Part shown: positions 63,201-64,000 of the stretch, piece after piece
How positions within the stretch are numbered: position 1 is the stretch's first letter
Layout: the number at the start of each line of letters is the position of its first letter
Assembly: GCA_964188305.1 (NCBI GenBank)
Contig: OZ076888.1
DNA length: 64,000 nucleotides
Strand: one strand, 5' to 3'
From: Podarcis bocagei
Lineage: Eukaryota
The notes under the pieces: model-generated
Database searches by the model: none
What the model was told of the DNA's origin: nothing
The model's input: only the letters and a program-made list of their open reading frames with translations
Position numbers and translations under genes: made by a program

Positions 63201-64000
63201 CCAGATCCAGCATAGAGAGGTTCTCTTCTGAAACCAGAAATGCCCAGGCTCAAGCCTGCTTGTCAGTCAGAAACACACTTATGGAAAAGATATGGGTGGG
63301 ACATGGTTGCATAAAGCAGAGGAGGGGAGTGGACATGCTCAAAGCCTCTGTTAAAAGCATGTTCTGGAGACATGTTTTGGTGTGTTGGGTGTCAGCCCTA
63401 ATAAGCCCTGATTCAAATAAAGCTTTGTTCCAGAGGTGGCCATATGCTAGTATGGCTGGAGCCACCCCACATTGCTTTCATTCTCCTTCTGTCTCACACA
63501 TGGACACATTCATTCTCTCTCTCTCTCTCCCCCCCTTACTCAGCCCCACCCCCCCACATGGCAATTATCCCTAAGAGGGAAAAGCTCCCATTTGCATCCA
63601 TGGAAGCTTTCCTCTAAGCCTAATTGCCACATGGGGAGAGCTATTTTCCTCAGGGTGGTAGCTGGGGTAGGTGGAAGACGAGCGAACCCTCCTTGTGTAC
63701 AAAAAATAAATAAATCATTCTGTTCCTTGGGTCTATTCCTAAGTCTCAGTTACGGTTGTTCAACATCCAGATTGCAATTCTGGTTACGTTTTGCCCACCA
63801 CCTATGGGCTTATTGATTTTCCAAGTTCCATTCAAAAATATTTCAGGGTGAATTCTTTATCTCGCCACAGGGTTGATGTGGTGAACAAGCGCCTGATTGT
63901 GGAGAGGAGTGGCTCAACTCCATCAGACACGAGCTCTGAGATTGGGAGGCGGAGGATCATTCACCTGTATACCACCTCTGATGACTACTGCTTGGGTTTC
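57029..64000 (+). CDS. PDZD7: PDZ domain-containing protein 7, 5' part (4 coding exons; continues past the window end)
   Basis: [22 protein letters not shown]..., [73 protein letters not shown] match PDZD7 PDZ1 and the start of PDZ2. Confidence 0.95.
59046..59186 (+). CDS. PDZD7: PDZD7 coding exon 2 (PDZ1 N-terminal half)
   Basis: gacag| ... G|gtaag; 141 nt. Confidence 0.95.
60404..60578 (+). CDS. PDZD7: PDZD7 coding exon 3 (PDZ1 C-terminal half)
   Basis: aacag| ... TG|gtaag; 175 nt. Confidence 0.95.
61703..61867. mobile_element. hAT-type MITE with internal tandem repeats containing CCCTAA
   Basis: 8-bp TSD CTCTGTTA (61695-61702 and 61868-61875); TIRs cagtggtgtagtgt / acgctacgccactg. Confidence 0.85.
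63871..64000 (+). CDS. PDZD7: PDZD7 coding exon 4 (partial, cut by the window end)
   Basis: ccacag|; encodes [44 protein letters not shown]. Confidence 0.94.

Overview
Vertebrate genomic DNA. The SINE, LINE and MITE content points to a squamate, probably a lacertid lizard (inference). Three spliced protein-coding genes were reconstructed by hand. (1) A complete sideroflexin-3 gene (SFXN3) on the minus strand: 10 coding exons at 29027-37941, 322 aa, with a non-coding first exon in a CpG island at ~41.0-42.1 kb. (2) The first four coding exons of PDZD7 on the plus strand, from 57029 to the window end. (3) Between them, where I recall mammals have SFXN3 and PDZD7 nearly head-to-head, a six-exon otopetrin (proton-channel family) gene on the plus strand (45262-53331). 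It has OTOP1-like intron positions but is strongly diverged from OTOP1, OTOP2 and OTOP3, so it is a candidate fourth vertebrate otopetrin paralogue. It shows an exon-4/5 phase conflict at a C7 run, a probable stop-loss C-terminal extension and changes in conserved motifs. The left 25 kb is mostly transposable elements: a near full-length L1 with both ORFs open, a dead CR1 nested in a SINE, an L2 fragment, and Tc1/mariner-type MITEs. hAT-type MITEs occur further right. The left end also has a chain of minus-strand splice-site pairs that may be an unannotated transcript. All homology statements are from recalled sequences; no searches were run.
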